The notes: generated by a model from the letters alone, not told the origin. A stretch of DNA of 64,000 nt from Capsulimonadales bacterium (GCA_033762295.1 JANRLW010000069.1:32001-96000), one strand, 5' to 3'; counted from the stretch's first letter, positions 9,831-18,374 are shown. A program made the numbers and translations.

Positions 9831-11909
9831 ATGGAACGGAACGACGACATCACCCAACCATCGATCACGGAAGGCGCGACGGTACGCGAACCCGATACCG
9901 CGCCGAACCGATTTCCCGATAACAAGCCGCCCGCCTGGGGTAGAACCGTTTTCCTGATCGGAATCGGGGTTTTCCTGCTGACCTTAATAGGGCAGGGTGG
10001 CAAAGGGTGGGTCACCCGATTGCAGCTTCGCCTGGTCGCCGGACAGGGACTCCCGATGGTACGGGAAGTCCTGGGACGCAACGGGCAAACCGGACCCGAA
10101 GCGCGCCGGAACGCCGAATATGCGCGGAGCGTTCCGAACGATGTCGAAGTGCAGATCGCCGAGGCAATCTCGTCCGGCGATCGAAAGCGAACGAACCAAC
10201 CGGGCGACGACGGCAAGGACGTGGCCAACTCCCAGATTGACAGTCTTCGCTCCGTCGCGGCCCGTTTCCCCGATCGACCGGAAACCCACGCGACCGTGTT
10301 GCGGATGATGTGTGGGAGCGTCCTGACCGGAGTGCCCCGTGACGAGAACTGGATGCTGGGCGGAGAGGGGTTTGACGCCGAGCGGGTCGAGAAGGCGCGT
10401 AAGGAGAATGCGGAGAAGCGGAAACGTCTCGATCCGGTGCGTCTGTCGCAGTTCGAGGCGGCGGCCCGCGCCGGGGAGCGGTGCGATCCGGACAACGCCT
10501 TCTTCCCGCAGATGCTGGCGGCTGTTCTCTTCACACAATACCGGGATGAGGAAGCGATCGCCGCCCTCCATCGCGCGGCCGCGAAGCGAACCTGGGACGA
10601 TTACACGACCGCCGAGGTGAACGGGCGCAGGCGGCAGTTGCGCGAGACCCAGGGGGAAACCGGCACCGTGCCGAATATGTCGATCGCTGCCTCCACCCTG
10701 TTCCCGCAATATGCCTCGATGCGGTCGCTGGCGCGGGTCGCGACCTATGTGGCCGCCGAGAAGGAGAAAAAAGGTGACCTCGACGGCGGGTTCGCCATCC
10801 GTCACGATATGGCGCGGATCGGGTCGAAGATGCGCGTCGAAGGACATTCCCTCATTGCCAACCTGGTCGGCATTGCCATTACGGCGATTTCCGGCTCTCA
10901 TCCCGGCGGCAACGTGATTTCGGACAAAGAGGATCGTTCGAACGACACCGAGTTGAGGGTGGCGCGTAAACTGGAAGCGTATGTTACCTATCTGAACCGG
11001 ACGGGCCATCCTGAGGAGGCGGTCTGGTTCCTGGCGGAAAACCAGAAGATGCACGCGGTCAAGCGGATCACCGCCCGTCTTGACCTCGGAGTGTTCGACA
11101 TTTCGGGTATGCTCGTTCTGACGGTGTTGTGGGGTATCACCCTGCTTCTTCTCGGTCTGGCAGGCTGGCTGATCGTTCTGGGAGGGGTCGCCACCCTTCT
11201 TTCCCGGACCCGGCATTTCCGTGAGGCCAGACCGCTGCCGCGCGGGATCGCCTCGGGCGGTATCGCGGTCGCCTCAAGTATTCCAATGGTTTTGCTTCTG
11301 ACCAATCCGTCGGAGGAAACCGTTATGGGCGTGATTGGGCCGTACTTGCTGGTGATCGGCGTCCTCGTTTCCCTGCTGAAGAACCGGGCCACTCCGAAGG
11401 AGTTCCTTCGAAATCTCGGGCGTTTCGGAGCGACCATCCTCACGATTCTCGCTCTCGGGGTGGCCGTCGGGTTCTCTCTGATGCCGGGACTGTTCAACTT
11501 TATCGGGTCCATAACCCTGATCCAGGGGATGCAGGGAAGCGGTCCGTCCGGAAACGTCATGCCTTTCTTTCTGGGTCTCGGAATCAGCGTGACGGCGTTG
11601 ATGATGGTCGCGATCACGCTTGCGGTTTCGTTCTTCGGTCGGGTGAAGCGAGAAGGGATACCGGCGTCCGTCGCCGTCGTGCGCGGTATGAGAAATTCGG
11701 CGATCGGCTGGGCCGGGGTCCTGCTGATGCTGAACGTCGTGCTGAGCATTCCGCTGGAGGCGATAGAACTCGACAGTTTGCGCGCACTGGACGAGTCGAT
11801 CCGACATGAGGGGAAGGCCCTGGCCCGGAGGGTGAACTCCGCCCACATGAACGGCGGGGACGGATGGCCGGGCTATGTGGCGTTGCCGGGAGCGGTGGCG
11901 AAGAATTAG
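9831..11909 (+). CDS. Hypothetical polytopic membrane protein with a large extracytoplasmic helical domain
   Basis: Long ORF with GGAGG before ATG 9831. One N-terminal TM, a soluble domain of about 380 aa, then several C-terminal TM helices. Confidence 0.75.
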   Translation: MERNDDITQPSITEGATVREPDTAPNRFPDNKPPAWGRTVFLIGIGVFLLTLIGQGGKGWVTRLQLRLVAGQGLPMVREVLGRNGQTGPEARRNAEYARSVPNDVEVQIAEAISSGDRKRTNQPGDDGKDVANSQIDSLRSVAARFPDRPETHATVLRMMCGSVLTGVPRDENWMLGGEGFDAERVEKARKENAEKRKRLDPVRLSQFEAAARAGERCDPDNAFFPQMLAAVLFTQYRDEEAIAALHRAAAKRTWDDYTTAEVNGRRRQLRETQGETGTVPNMSIAASTLFPQYASMRSLARVATYVAAEKEKKGDLDGGFAIRHDMARIGSKMRVEGHSLIANLVGIAITAISGSHPGGNVISDKEDRSNDTELRVARKLEAYVTYLNRTGHPEEAVWFLAENQKMHAVKRITARLDLGVFDISGMLVLTVLWGITLLLLGLAGWLIVLGGVATLLSRTRHFREARPLPRGIASGGIAVASSIPMVLLLTNPSEETVMGVIGPYLLVIGVLVSLLKNRATPKEFLRNLGRFGATILTILALGVAVGFSLMPGLFNFIGSITLIQGMQGSGPSGNVMPFFLGLGISVTALMMVAITLAVSFFGRVKREGIPASVAVVRGMRNSAIGWAGVLLMLNVVLSIPLEAIELDSLRALDESIRHEGKALARRVNSAHMNGGDGWPGYVALPGAVAKN

Positions 11910-11935
11910 CCGGTGGCCGCCCGATTCAGTCCGGT

Positions 11936-13006
11936 TCAGTCCAGGGCGGCGGCGACGGCATTGAGAAAGCGGCGACGGCAGGTGAGAAAACTCGCCTTTC
12001 CGTCGCCGTAGACGCTATTGGTGACCAGAGAAACGGTCAACTGGTACGTCGGATCGATCGTCAGTAAGGTCCCGGTATACCCCGAGTGACCGACCGTCTG
12101 CGGAGAAAGGAGGTCGCCCGCCGGACAGAAACCGTTGCCCTGCGCGAAGAACAGGCAGGTATGAAAGCCGACGGCCGGATCGACCTGATTGTTCAGAATA
12201 CGGTCGCGGGTCGGCGCACCGAACAACCCGTTCTTCCCGCCGACCCGCAGCATCTCGCCGAACCGGGCGACATCCAGGGCGGACCCGAATAAACCGGCGT
12301 TTCCGCTGATTCCCCCGATCGCGCGGGCGTTTCCGTCATGAACGATGCCGGTGAGAACGGTATCCTTGTTGGGACCTTCGCGGGAGATGGTCGGCGCGAT
12401 GCCGGCGGATGCCTGTTTGGAGGGGTGATAGGTCAGTGTTTTCAATCCGAGCGGTGCGAAAACATAGGCGAAGGCGAGGGCGTCAAGGCTTCGGCCCGAA
12501 GACACCTCCAGGATTTTTTTCAGCAGAATGAACCCCAGGCAGGAGTATTCGTATTTCGTTCCGGGAGCGACGACTTTCGTGCGGAAGATCGCCTGTACGG
12601 CGGCGTCACAACTCAACCCGGATTCGTAGCACGGAATCCAGGCCGGAAGGCCGGAGGTGTGCGTCAGCAACTGTTTGAGGGTAGCGCCTTTGAGCGGCTC
12701 GGGCGCGTCGGCCAGGAACTCGCCGACCGTGGCCGTCAGTGTCAACTTCCCGGCTTCGACCAGGGTAAGCAATGTGGCACCCGTCGCCAGGGGCTTGGTC
12801 AGCGACGCCAGATCGTAGAACGTCTCCCGGAAGACGGCCCGGGTGCCGTCGAGCGTTCCGAACGCTTCATGAAGGATCAGTTCGCCCCGGCGAAAGACGC
12901 AGACCACGCCTCCCGGCATCGCGCCATTTCGGACACCCTCCTGCAGAACATCGATCGCACGCACCATCGTTCTCATGGCCGTATTGAACCGCCTGTCCGG
13001 CGTCAC
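11936..13006 (-). CDS. Serine hydrolase, beta-lactamase (class C-like) family
   Basis: DLASLTK (SxxK), LLTHTSGL, YEYSCLGF, GNAGLF and GHSGYTG motifs. Start uncertain (13006 or 12976). Confidence 0.9.
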   Translation of the reverse strand: MTPDRRFNTAMRTMVRAIDVLQEGVRNGAMPGGVVCVFRRGELILHEAFGTLDGTRAVFRETFYDLASLTKPLATGATLLTLVEAGKLTLTATVGEFLADAPEPLKGATLKQLLTHTSGLPAWIPCYESGLSCDAAVQAIFRTKVVAPGTKYEYSCLGFILLKKILEVSSGRSLDALAFAYVFAPLGLKTLTYHPSKQASAGIAPTISREGPNKDTVLTGIVHDGNARAIGGISGNAGLFGSALDVARFGEMLRVGGKNGLFGAPTRDRILNNQVDPAVGFHTCLFFAQGNGFCPAGDLLSPQTVGHSGYTGTLLTIDPTYQLTVSLVTNSVYGDGKASFLTCRRRFLNAVAAALD

Positions 13007-13055
13007 TGCCAGTTACGGGCGGGAATCTCGTACTTCCCGGAGGGTGGGGCAGGGG

Positions 13056-14378
13056 CTAGCCGCCCTTGCCGTCGGTCGACCGGACCGGCGGTTTGCGCCG
13101 CCAGTTCGGGGGGACCGTGCGGCTCGAAAACAGCCCGTTTCGAACTCTTTCGAGGTAGGCTTCCGTCCGTCCCTCGCGGGTCATTCCATCGTAGGAAAAG
13201 AAGTTCAGGCCCCCCGCGCCGAGGTCGCGGCAAACCTGCCCTTTGACGATCGCGGAGGCGGCAGGCATCTGCCACGCGCCGACCCCGGCGATGATCGGTT
13301 TGCCGTAGGAGTTGGCCACGGCATCGCGGATCTGGGAGGCGACCACCGGAGTCGAACGGTTGTACGCCATCGGGCAGGCCGCGTCCAGGAGTCCGTCCCG
13401 GAGCCATTCCCGCCATGCCTGGCCTTTGTCGTGGCTGGCGACCCGGTAGTTCGGGAAGACGGCGGCGGAAATCACCAGATTCGGTTTGAGACGGTGCGCC
13501 TCCTCGGAGATGCCCCGGACGGTTTCGGTCACGGTGCCACGCCGCCATTCGCGCCACTCCGTCGGGAACAGGTAGAAATCGGCCAGACGGTTTTTCGCCC
13601 GTTTTTTCGCCGCGTAGGCGAGGTCATTGTCGGACAGGCGTTCGCTCAAATAGTCCCGAAAAGCCGCCAGCGACGTTTCCGAGAAGGAAAATCGTTCACT
13701 CGGGTAGCGTACGTAATCGAAGTGAAGACCGTCGATATCGTACCGGGAAACCACATCCATAAAGACGTTCCGCAGGTATTCGCGAACCGCCGGAATGGCC
13801 GGGTCCAGGAACGCCCCCTCGGCATCGTTGGTCGGTATCATGGCGATCCGATTCTGGCGGTCGCGGACCAGCCACTCCGGATGGAGGTTGATGACATGCC
13901 GCGACGAATAGGGAAGACGCCGTTGGTGCCATACCAGGAAGGTATTCATCCAGGCATGAACTTCGAGGCCGGCCCGATGCCCTTCCTCAATCGCCACCGC
14001 CAGGGGGTCGAAATCGGCGGGCTGTCGGCTGAGACTCTCGGACCTCGGTTCGAACCGCGACTGATAAAAAGCGTCGCCCCGTCCGCGTACCTGGACGAAG
14101 AGGGTGTTGAACCCGTACTTTTTGGCGAGGGTGACCGCGTTCCGTATTTTCGCGGGAGAGGTGAGGGTATCTCGAACGATCCAGAGCGCGCGGACTTCTC
14201 CGGTTTCGACATCGGTCGCCGTGGGAAGCGGGTCTTCGTTGGGGGCGACGGCAGGCAGGTTTTCGGGGGACGACGGAGATGATGTGGCGGACGGGGGTTG
14301 AGCAACGGCTTCCGGTATCGACGGACCCGCCATCAGCAACAGGGCGAGGACCACGGGAAGGGCCGGCGAATTGGGCAT
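13056..14378 (-). CDS. Secreted glycoside hydrolase-like 10 (GHL10/DUF187) protein
   Basis: Signal peptide; EVRALW, GFNTLFVQVR, GLEVHAWMN, YDIDGLHFDY and PMAY motifs. Confidence 0.85.
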   Translation of the reverse strand: MPNSPALPVVLALLLMAGPSIPEAVAQPPSATSSPSSPENLPAVAPNEDPLPTATDVETGEVRALWIVRDTLTSPAKIRNAVTLAKKYGFNTLFVQVRGRGDAFYQSRFEPRSESLSRQPADFDPLAVAIEEGHRAGLEVHAWMNTFLVWHQRRLPYSSRHVINLHPEWLVRDRQNRIAMIPTNDAEGAFLDPAIPAVREYLRNVFMDVVSRYDIDGLHFDYVRYPSERFSFSETSLAAFRDYLSERLSDNDLAYAAKKRAKNRLADFYLFPTEWREWRRGTVTETVRGISEEAHRLKPNLVISAAVFPNYRVASHDKGQAWREWLRDGLLDAACPMAYNRSTPVVASQIRDAVANSYGKPIIAGVGAWQMPAASAIVKGQVCRDLGAGGLNFFSYDGMTREGRTEAYLERVRNGLFSSRTVPPNWRRKPPVRSTDGKGG

Positions 14379-14526
14379 GACTTCTTCCTCTCGGCGCGTC
14401 GGACCCCCCGGAATTGGCAGAGTGGAACAGGGGCGACGCGCTACAAACGCGATGGTATCCCGCTCCGTCGTTGATGTCAAGAAAAGACGGCAAACCTGCC
14501 AACTGTACCGAAGAGACGATTTGAAG

Positions 14527-14564
14527 TATAATCGGACTGTGGGTTAGCGTTGACATATGTCAAC
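14527..14564 (+). promoter_or_regulatory. -10 box (TATAAT) followed by a perfect 16-bp palindrome GTTGACATATGTCAAC (candidate operator)
   Basis: TATAAT at 14527-14532 and the palindrome at 14549-14564, in the divergent GHL10/kinase intergenic region. Confidence 0.55.
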
Positions 14565-14648
14565 AAATGTCATGGAGCAAGGAACCGTGGGGCGCCGTTT
14601 CATCGGTCGTAACCGTTTCCGACCGGTTCGCTCCCAAAAAGGAACAAC

Positions 14649-16241
14649 ATGCCTTCGGAACCACACCCGAAAAAGAGAACGCCGGCAGCTTACTGGTCTC
14701 CCGCCCGGTCGATCGCGCTCGGGGTCGCCGGTCTCGCGTTGATCAGTGCGGGAATCGTCAGTCTGGTCCAGCGGCGAACCCGTGACAAATATCTGGAGGA
14801 GCAGCAGCGTCGACGCGAACAGGAGGTCATCGCTCTGGTGAACGCGGAACGGTTCCGTCTGGCGTCCGAAGCGGTCAACGGACTGATTTACGACTGGGAC
14901 CCGGAGACCGGCGCGGTGCTGCGGACACGCGGTCTGACCGAACTGCTCGGATATCTGGGCCGGGAGGATCAGGATACGATGGCCTGGTGGCGGGAACAGA
15001 TTCATCCGGAGGATCGGGAGCGTGTGGCCGCCGCGTTCGAAGCGGTCCGGGATCATCATCGTCCCTCGTTTGAGATCGAATACCGCGTTCGCCACAAATC
15101 GGGGCAATATGTCCGCCTTCAGGACCGGGGCGTGATTCTGCGCGATGCCGGCGGAAAAGCCGTCCGCGTCGTCGGTTGCAGTATCGATGTCACCGCCCGG
15201 TATGAAGCCGAAAGGGCGCTTCGCTACAGCGAGGAGCGTCTGCGTCTGGCGGTCACCGGCGCGGACCTCGGCACATGGCACTGGAACCTGCGAACCGATC
15301 GCTTCGAACTGTCGGATCGTTGTCGGCGACACTTTGGCATCGCCCCGGAGGAGGAGGTGGATTCGGAACGGTTCTTTCGCGCCGCTCCCTCCGACGATCG
15401 GGAATGGGTCCGCGCGGCCGCGTTGCTGGCGATCGAGCAGGGGCAGGATTTCGACGTGGAACATCGTGTGGTGCTGCCGGACGGATCGTTTCGGTGGCTG
15501 GCCGTTCGTGGACGCGCCCATGCCGATGAAGCCTCGGTACCGATGAGCATGGAGGGGATCGCTCTGGACGTGACGGAACGCCATCTGGCGCTCTCGGAGA
15601 TCGAAAAGCTCAACGTCCGCCTGCAGCGAGCGATGGCGGAAAGCCACCACCGGATCAAGAACAACCTGCAAACGCTGGCCGCCCTGGCCGAAATGCAATC
15701 GTTCCACCAGGACAATACGGTTCCCCGCGAGGCGTTCGAGCGGCTCTGTCAGCATATCCGGACTCTGGCCTCCCTTCATGACCTGTTGACGCTGGAAATC
15801 CGGGAGTTCCGGGAGGTGGAAACCGTGTCGGTTCGGAATGCGCTGAACCGTCTGACCGATCTGCTCTCGTCCGTGACCGGGAATCGAACCGTGCTCGTCG
15901 ACAGTGAAGAGGCGCGTCTGCCATTGAAACAGGCCGGTTCCTTCTCCCTGCTGGTGAACGAACTGGTTTCCAACGCGGTGAAGCATGGCGCGGGGGATAT
16001 TCGAATTCGTCTTCGAACGACGGCGGATCGGATCAACGGACAGCGTCCGACCGCCCTGCTCGAGGTGACCGATGAAGGGGCGGGTTTCCCCCCCGGTTTC
16101 GACCCGCGAGTGGCGGCGAATACCGGGCTGGAACTGGTGGAGAGTATCGGCTGCTGGGACCTGCAGGGCGCGGTCGCCTACGAAAATGCGCCCGGCGGCG
16201 GCGCGATGGTCCGGGTATCGTTCCCGCTTCAACCGGTCTGA
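14649..16241 (+). CDS. PAS-PAS sensor histidine kinase, HisKA_2 type (EutW/PdtaS-like kinase core)
   Basis: One TM, two PAS/PAC domains (IHPEDRERV, EYRVRHKSG, EHRVVLPDGSFRW), H-box SHHRIKNNLQ, N-box NELVSNAVKHG, DEGAGF and GLELV. Confidence 0.92.
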   Translation: MPSEPHPKKRTPAAYWSPARSIALGVAGLALISAGIVSLVQRRTRDKYLEEQQRRREQEVIALVNAERFRLASEAVNGLIYDWDPETGAVLRTRGLTELLGYLGREDQDTMAWWREQIHPEDRERVAAAFEAVRDHHRPSFEIEYRVRHKSGQYVRLQDRGVILRDAGGKAVRVVGCSIDVTARYEAERALRYSEERLRLAVTGADLGTWHWNLRTDRFELSDRCRRHFGIAPEEEVDSERFFRAAPSDDREWVRAAALLAIEQGQDFDVEHRVVLPDGSFRWLAVRGRAHADEASVPMSMEGIALDVTERHLALSEIEKLNVRLQRAMAESHHRIKNNLQTLAALAEMQSFHQDNTVPREAFERLCQHIRTLASLHDLLTLEIREFREVETVSVRNALNRLTDLLSSVTGNRTVLVDSEEARLPLKQAGSFSLLVNELVSNAVKHGAGDIRIRLRTTADRINGQRPTALLEVTDEGAGFPPGFDPRVAANTGLELVESIGCWDLQGAVAYENAPGGGAMVRVSFPLQPV

Positions 16242-16250
16242 GGCGGTCCG

Positions 16251-16294
16251 AAACGAGAAGGGGCATCCTCCGGTGAGGATACCCCTTCTCGTTT
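16251..16294. terminator. Probable bidirectional intrinsic terminator between the convergent kinase and sigma genes
   Basis: AAACGAGAAGGGGCATCCTC-cggt-GAGGATACCCCTTCTCGTTT, a 20-bp inverted repeat with one mismatch. Confidence 0.8.
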
Positions 16295-16333
16295 GTGTGT
16301 TTCTTTCTCTTTTCGCGTTGCCGGATCGCGTCG

Positions 16334-17002
16334 TCAGGCGACAAACGCCGTGCGATGCGCCTGAAGTTTCCGCAGAAGCGCCTGGCGGGCGCGGTTCAGC
16401 CGGGACTTGACCGTCCCGATCGGCACCTGTGTCATCTCCGAAATCTCCTCGTAGCTGCGCTCTTCCAGATAGAACTGGGAGAGAATTTCCGCATGCAGCC
16501 CCGGCAGTTTGGCCAGCGCTCTATGCAGGATGTCGCGCTGTTCCTGCTCACCGACCAGGGTCAGCGGCGATTTTTCCTTGCTGTCGATAAACGGCAGGGA
16601 GGAGGCGTCCGTGTTTTCGGTCAGCGCCTCGAGGGATACGGCCGGGCACTTTTTCGCGCTTCGGCACATATCGTAAAACGTATTCACCACGATCCGGTTC
16701 ACCCAGGCGGGAAGGGTCACTGCCGACTTGCACTTGTTGATGTTCTGGCACACGCGAAGGATCGCGGCGGCGGCCACATCACTGGCATCGTCGTAGTTCC
16801 CGGCCAACCGGTACGCCAGGGCGTAGATCGGTCGCTTGAACCGGGCGATCAGCGCGTCCATTGCGCCTTTGTCGCCCTTCTGGCACCAGGCAACGATCTC
16901 GGCGTCGCTCATACGCTCGTAGGAGCGGAATCGCGGGCGTGCCGAATCGCCATTCATGGAGGTCGTATTCTGTCCGATATTCGAGGTGGTCAGCGTTTGC
17001 AT
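16334..17002 (-). CDS. ECF (group 4) RNA polymerase sigma factor
   Basis: Region 2 (IYALAYRLAGNYDDASDV...AWVNRIVVN) and region 4 (SYEEISEMTQVPIGTVKSRLNRAR); AAGGA upstream of the ATG. Confidence 0.92.
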   Translation of the reverse strand: MQTLTTSNIGQNTTSMNGDSARPRFRSYERMSDAEIVAWCQKGDKGAMDALIARFKRPIYALAYRLAGNYDDASDVAAAAILRVCQNINKCKSAVTLPAWVNRIVVNTFYDMCRSAKKCPAVSLEALTENTDASSLPFIDSKEKSPLTLVGEQEQRDILHRALAKLPGLHAEILSQFYLEERSYEEISEMTQVPIGTVKSRLNRARQALLRKLQAHRTAFVA

Positions 17003-17218
17003 CGTCTTTATCCTTCTAAAGGGAGGATTCCGCCGAACGGTCCCTTCGGATGCCCATTAATCGGCATTCCGTGGACACTGCGGAAAAAGGAGTCAGACTA
17101 CCTGGCCTGAAAGGGATTGCATGACGGACAGGGCCATACAAATCGAGCGGTCTCCGGTCGCCGTCCCCGGCTATTCCGGGAAACCATATATGTAATCCGC
17201 TACGGTAGCGCCGCAGCC

Positions 17219-17280
17219 AAAAACAAAAAACGCCTGAACTGCAACGAAAGGGGCAACGAGCCCCAATTGCAACTCAGACG
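17219..17280 (-). terminator. Intrinsic terminator (attenuator) inside the ECF sigma 5' leader
   Basis: Minus-strand RNA CGUCUGAGUUGCAA...UUGCAGUUCAGGCG (14 bp including 3 G-U pairs, plus an inner GGGGC/GCCCC stem) followed by UUUUUUGUUUUU. Confidence 0.8.
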
Positions 17281-17324
17281 ATCCTGGCCTGATGTACTCT
17301 GTCGGACGATCCTGGCCCGACAGA
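17274..17324 (-). promoter_or_regulatory. Dual-hairpin RNA element (candidate ANTAR-type antiterminator target)
   Basis: UCUGUCGGGC-CAGGAUC-GUCCGACAGA, 5-nt linker, UCAGGC-CAGGAUC-GUCUGA. The 3' arm of the second hairpin is also the start of the terminator's 5' arm. Confidence 0.7.
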
Positions 17325-17372
17325 AGATATGTAGTTTTCAAAGATGCGGCGCGTTGAGCGTGCTGTTATAAG

Positions 17373-17399
17373 TGACGTGACCCGCGAAAGTTTTGTTCC
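17373..17399 (-). promoter_or_regulatory. Candidate ECF-type promoter GGAAC-N17-CGTCA
   Basis: Reverse complement of gttcc (17395-17399) and tgacg (17373-17377), directly upstream of the leader hairpins. Confidence 0.55.
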
Positions 17400-17622
17400 C
17401 GAAAGAGATCGACATTTTTCGTGTTCTTGTGAAATGAATCCATCCGTGTCAGTCGGCCCCGGGCGGGACACCCTGCCCGAGGCCATTGGGTGCGTACGGT
17501 CGGCGAGGACGGTGATTGCCCCGCATAAAAGGTCGTTGCCTTCCCGCATCGGGTTCCGTCCTCCGACGTCCGGGCGCAAGTTCCCTTCCGGAACCCCGGG
17601 TATTCGTTCGGGTCGATGGAAC

Positions 17623-17631
17623 TGGTATACT
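17623..17631 (+). promoter_or_regulatory. Extended -10 (TGGTATACT) for the ANTAR regulator
   Basis: TGn-TATACT about 40 nt upstream of ATG 17673. Confidence 0.5.
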
Positions 17632-17672
17632 AATGATCATTCGAAAATCGAAACGATGTGCAAGAGGGATGT

Positions 17673-18266
17673 ATGAGTGAAACGACTCCCCGTCTCAAGG
17701 CGTTGATCTGCGAGGATGAAGGCATGACCGTCATTCTGTTGCAGCGCGCTTTGCAGGCTGCCGGTTATGAAGTCGTGGGAAAAGCCGTGGAGGGCGCACA
17801 GGCGGTGGAACTGGCACGCTCGACGCAACCCGATTTCATTCTGATGGATATCAATATGCCGGGGATGAACGGGATCGAATCCACGCGGTTGATTACCGCC
17901 GAACGATCCGTTCCGATTATCATGCTTACGGCCTATAGCGAGGATAAGCGGGTGGATGAGGCGATCGACGCCGGCGCTTGCGCTTACCTGGTAAAGCCGA
18001 TCACCAGTACCCAGTTGATTCCGTCCTTACGTACGGCTCTTGCCCGTTTCGAGGCGCTGAACGATATCCGTAAGGAAAATCAGGATTTAAAGGACCAACT
18101 GGAGACGCGAAAACTCGTCGAACGCGCCAAAGGCATCCTGCAGCAGCGGACCGGCCTGACGGAGGCGGACGCTTTCAAGCGGATTCAAAAGGTCAGCCGG
18201 GACAAATGCCAACCGATGCGCCAGACCGCCCACGAGATTATTGAAGCGGATTCGTTGTTTTCCTAG
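17673..18266 (+). CDS. REC-ANTAR response regulator (PdtaR/EutV/AmiR-NasT-like)
   Basis: REC domain (CEDE, ILMDINMPGMNG, MLTAY, YLVKP), coiled coil, then ANTAR (LETRKLVERAKGILQQRTGLTEADAFKRIQKVSRD). Confidence 0.93.
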   Translation: MSETTPRLKALICEDEGMTVILLQRALQAAGYEVVGKAVEGAQAVELARSTQPDFILMDINMPGMNGIESTRLITAERSVPIIMLTAYSEDKRVDEAIDAGACAYLVKPITSTQLIPSLRTALARFEALNDIRKENQDLKDQLETRKLVERAKGILQQRTGLTEADAFKRIQKVSRDKCQPMRQTAHEIIEADSLFS

Positions 18267-18297
18267 GTCGCTCCGGCTATCCTCGGGGTTTTGGCTG

Positions 18298-18306
18298 TGC
18301 TATAAT
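18298..18306 (+). promoter_or_regulatory. Extended -10 (TGCTATAAT) for ferredoxin
   Basis: Perfect TGn-TATAAT about 70 nt upstream of the ATG. Confidence 0.6.
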
Positions 18307-18374
18307 CACGACAGTCCGCCCGCCGACGGAGTCAAGATGCCTGGCGAGAAGCGGACATCATCCCGGAGGAAACG

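Noticed and set aside
17240..17264. Plus-strand GCAACGAA/GCAACGAG repeats resembling the eut ANTAR loop consensus
   Set aside because: They are the antisense of the minus-strand terminator. Only one forms a hairpin, the outer stem needs G-U pairs that exist only on the minus strand, and the ANTAR gene has its own promoter at 17623.
17093..17324. Repeated palindromic units as a mini CRISPR array
   Set aside because: The units are 18-27 nt with irregular spacing (5 nt and about 160 nt), and there are no cas genes.
17117..17676. Small ORFs in the sigma/ANTAR intergenic region
   Set aside because: No RBS or coding-like composition; the region is better explained as promoters and leader RNA.
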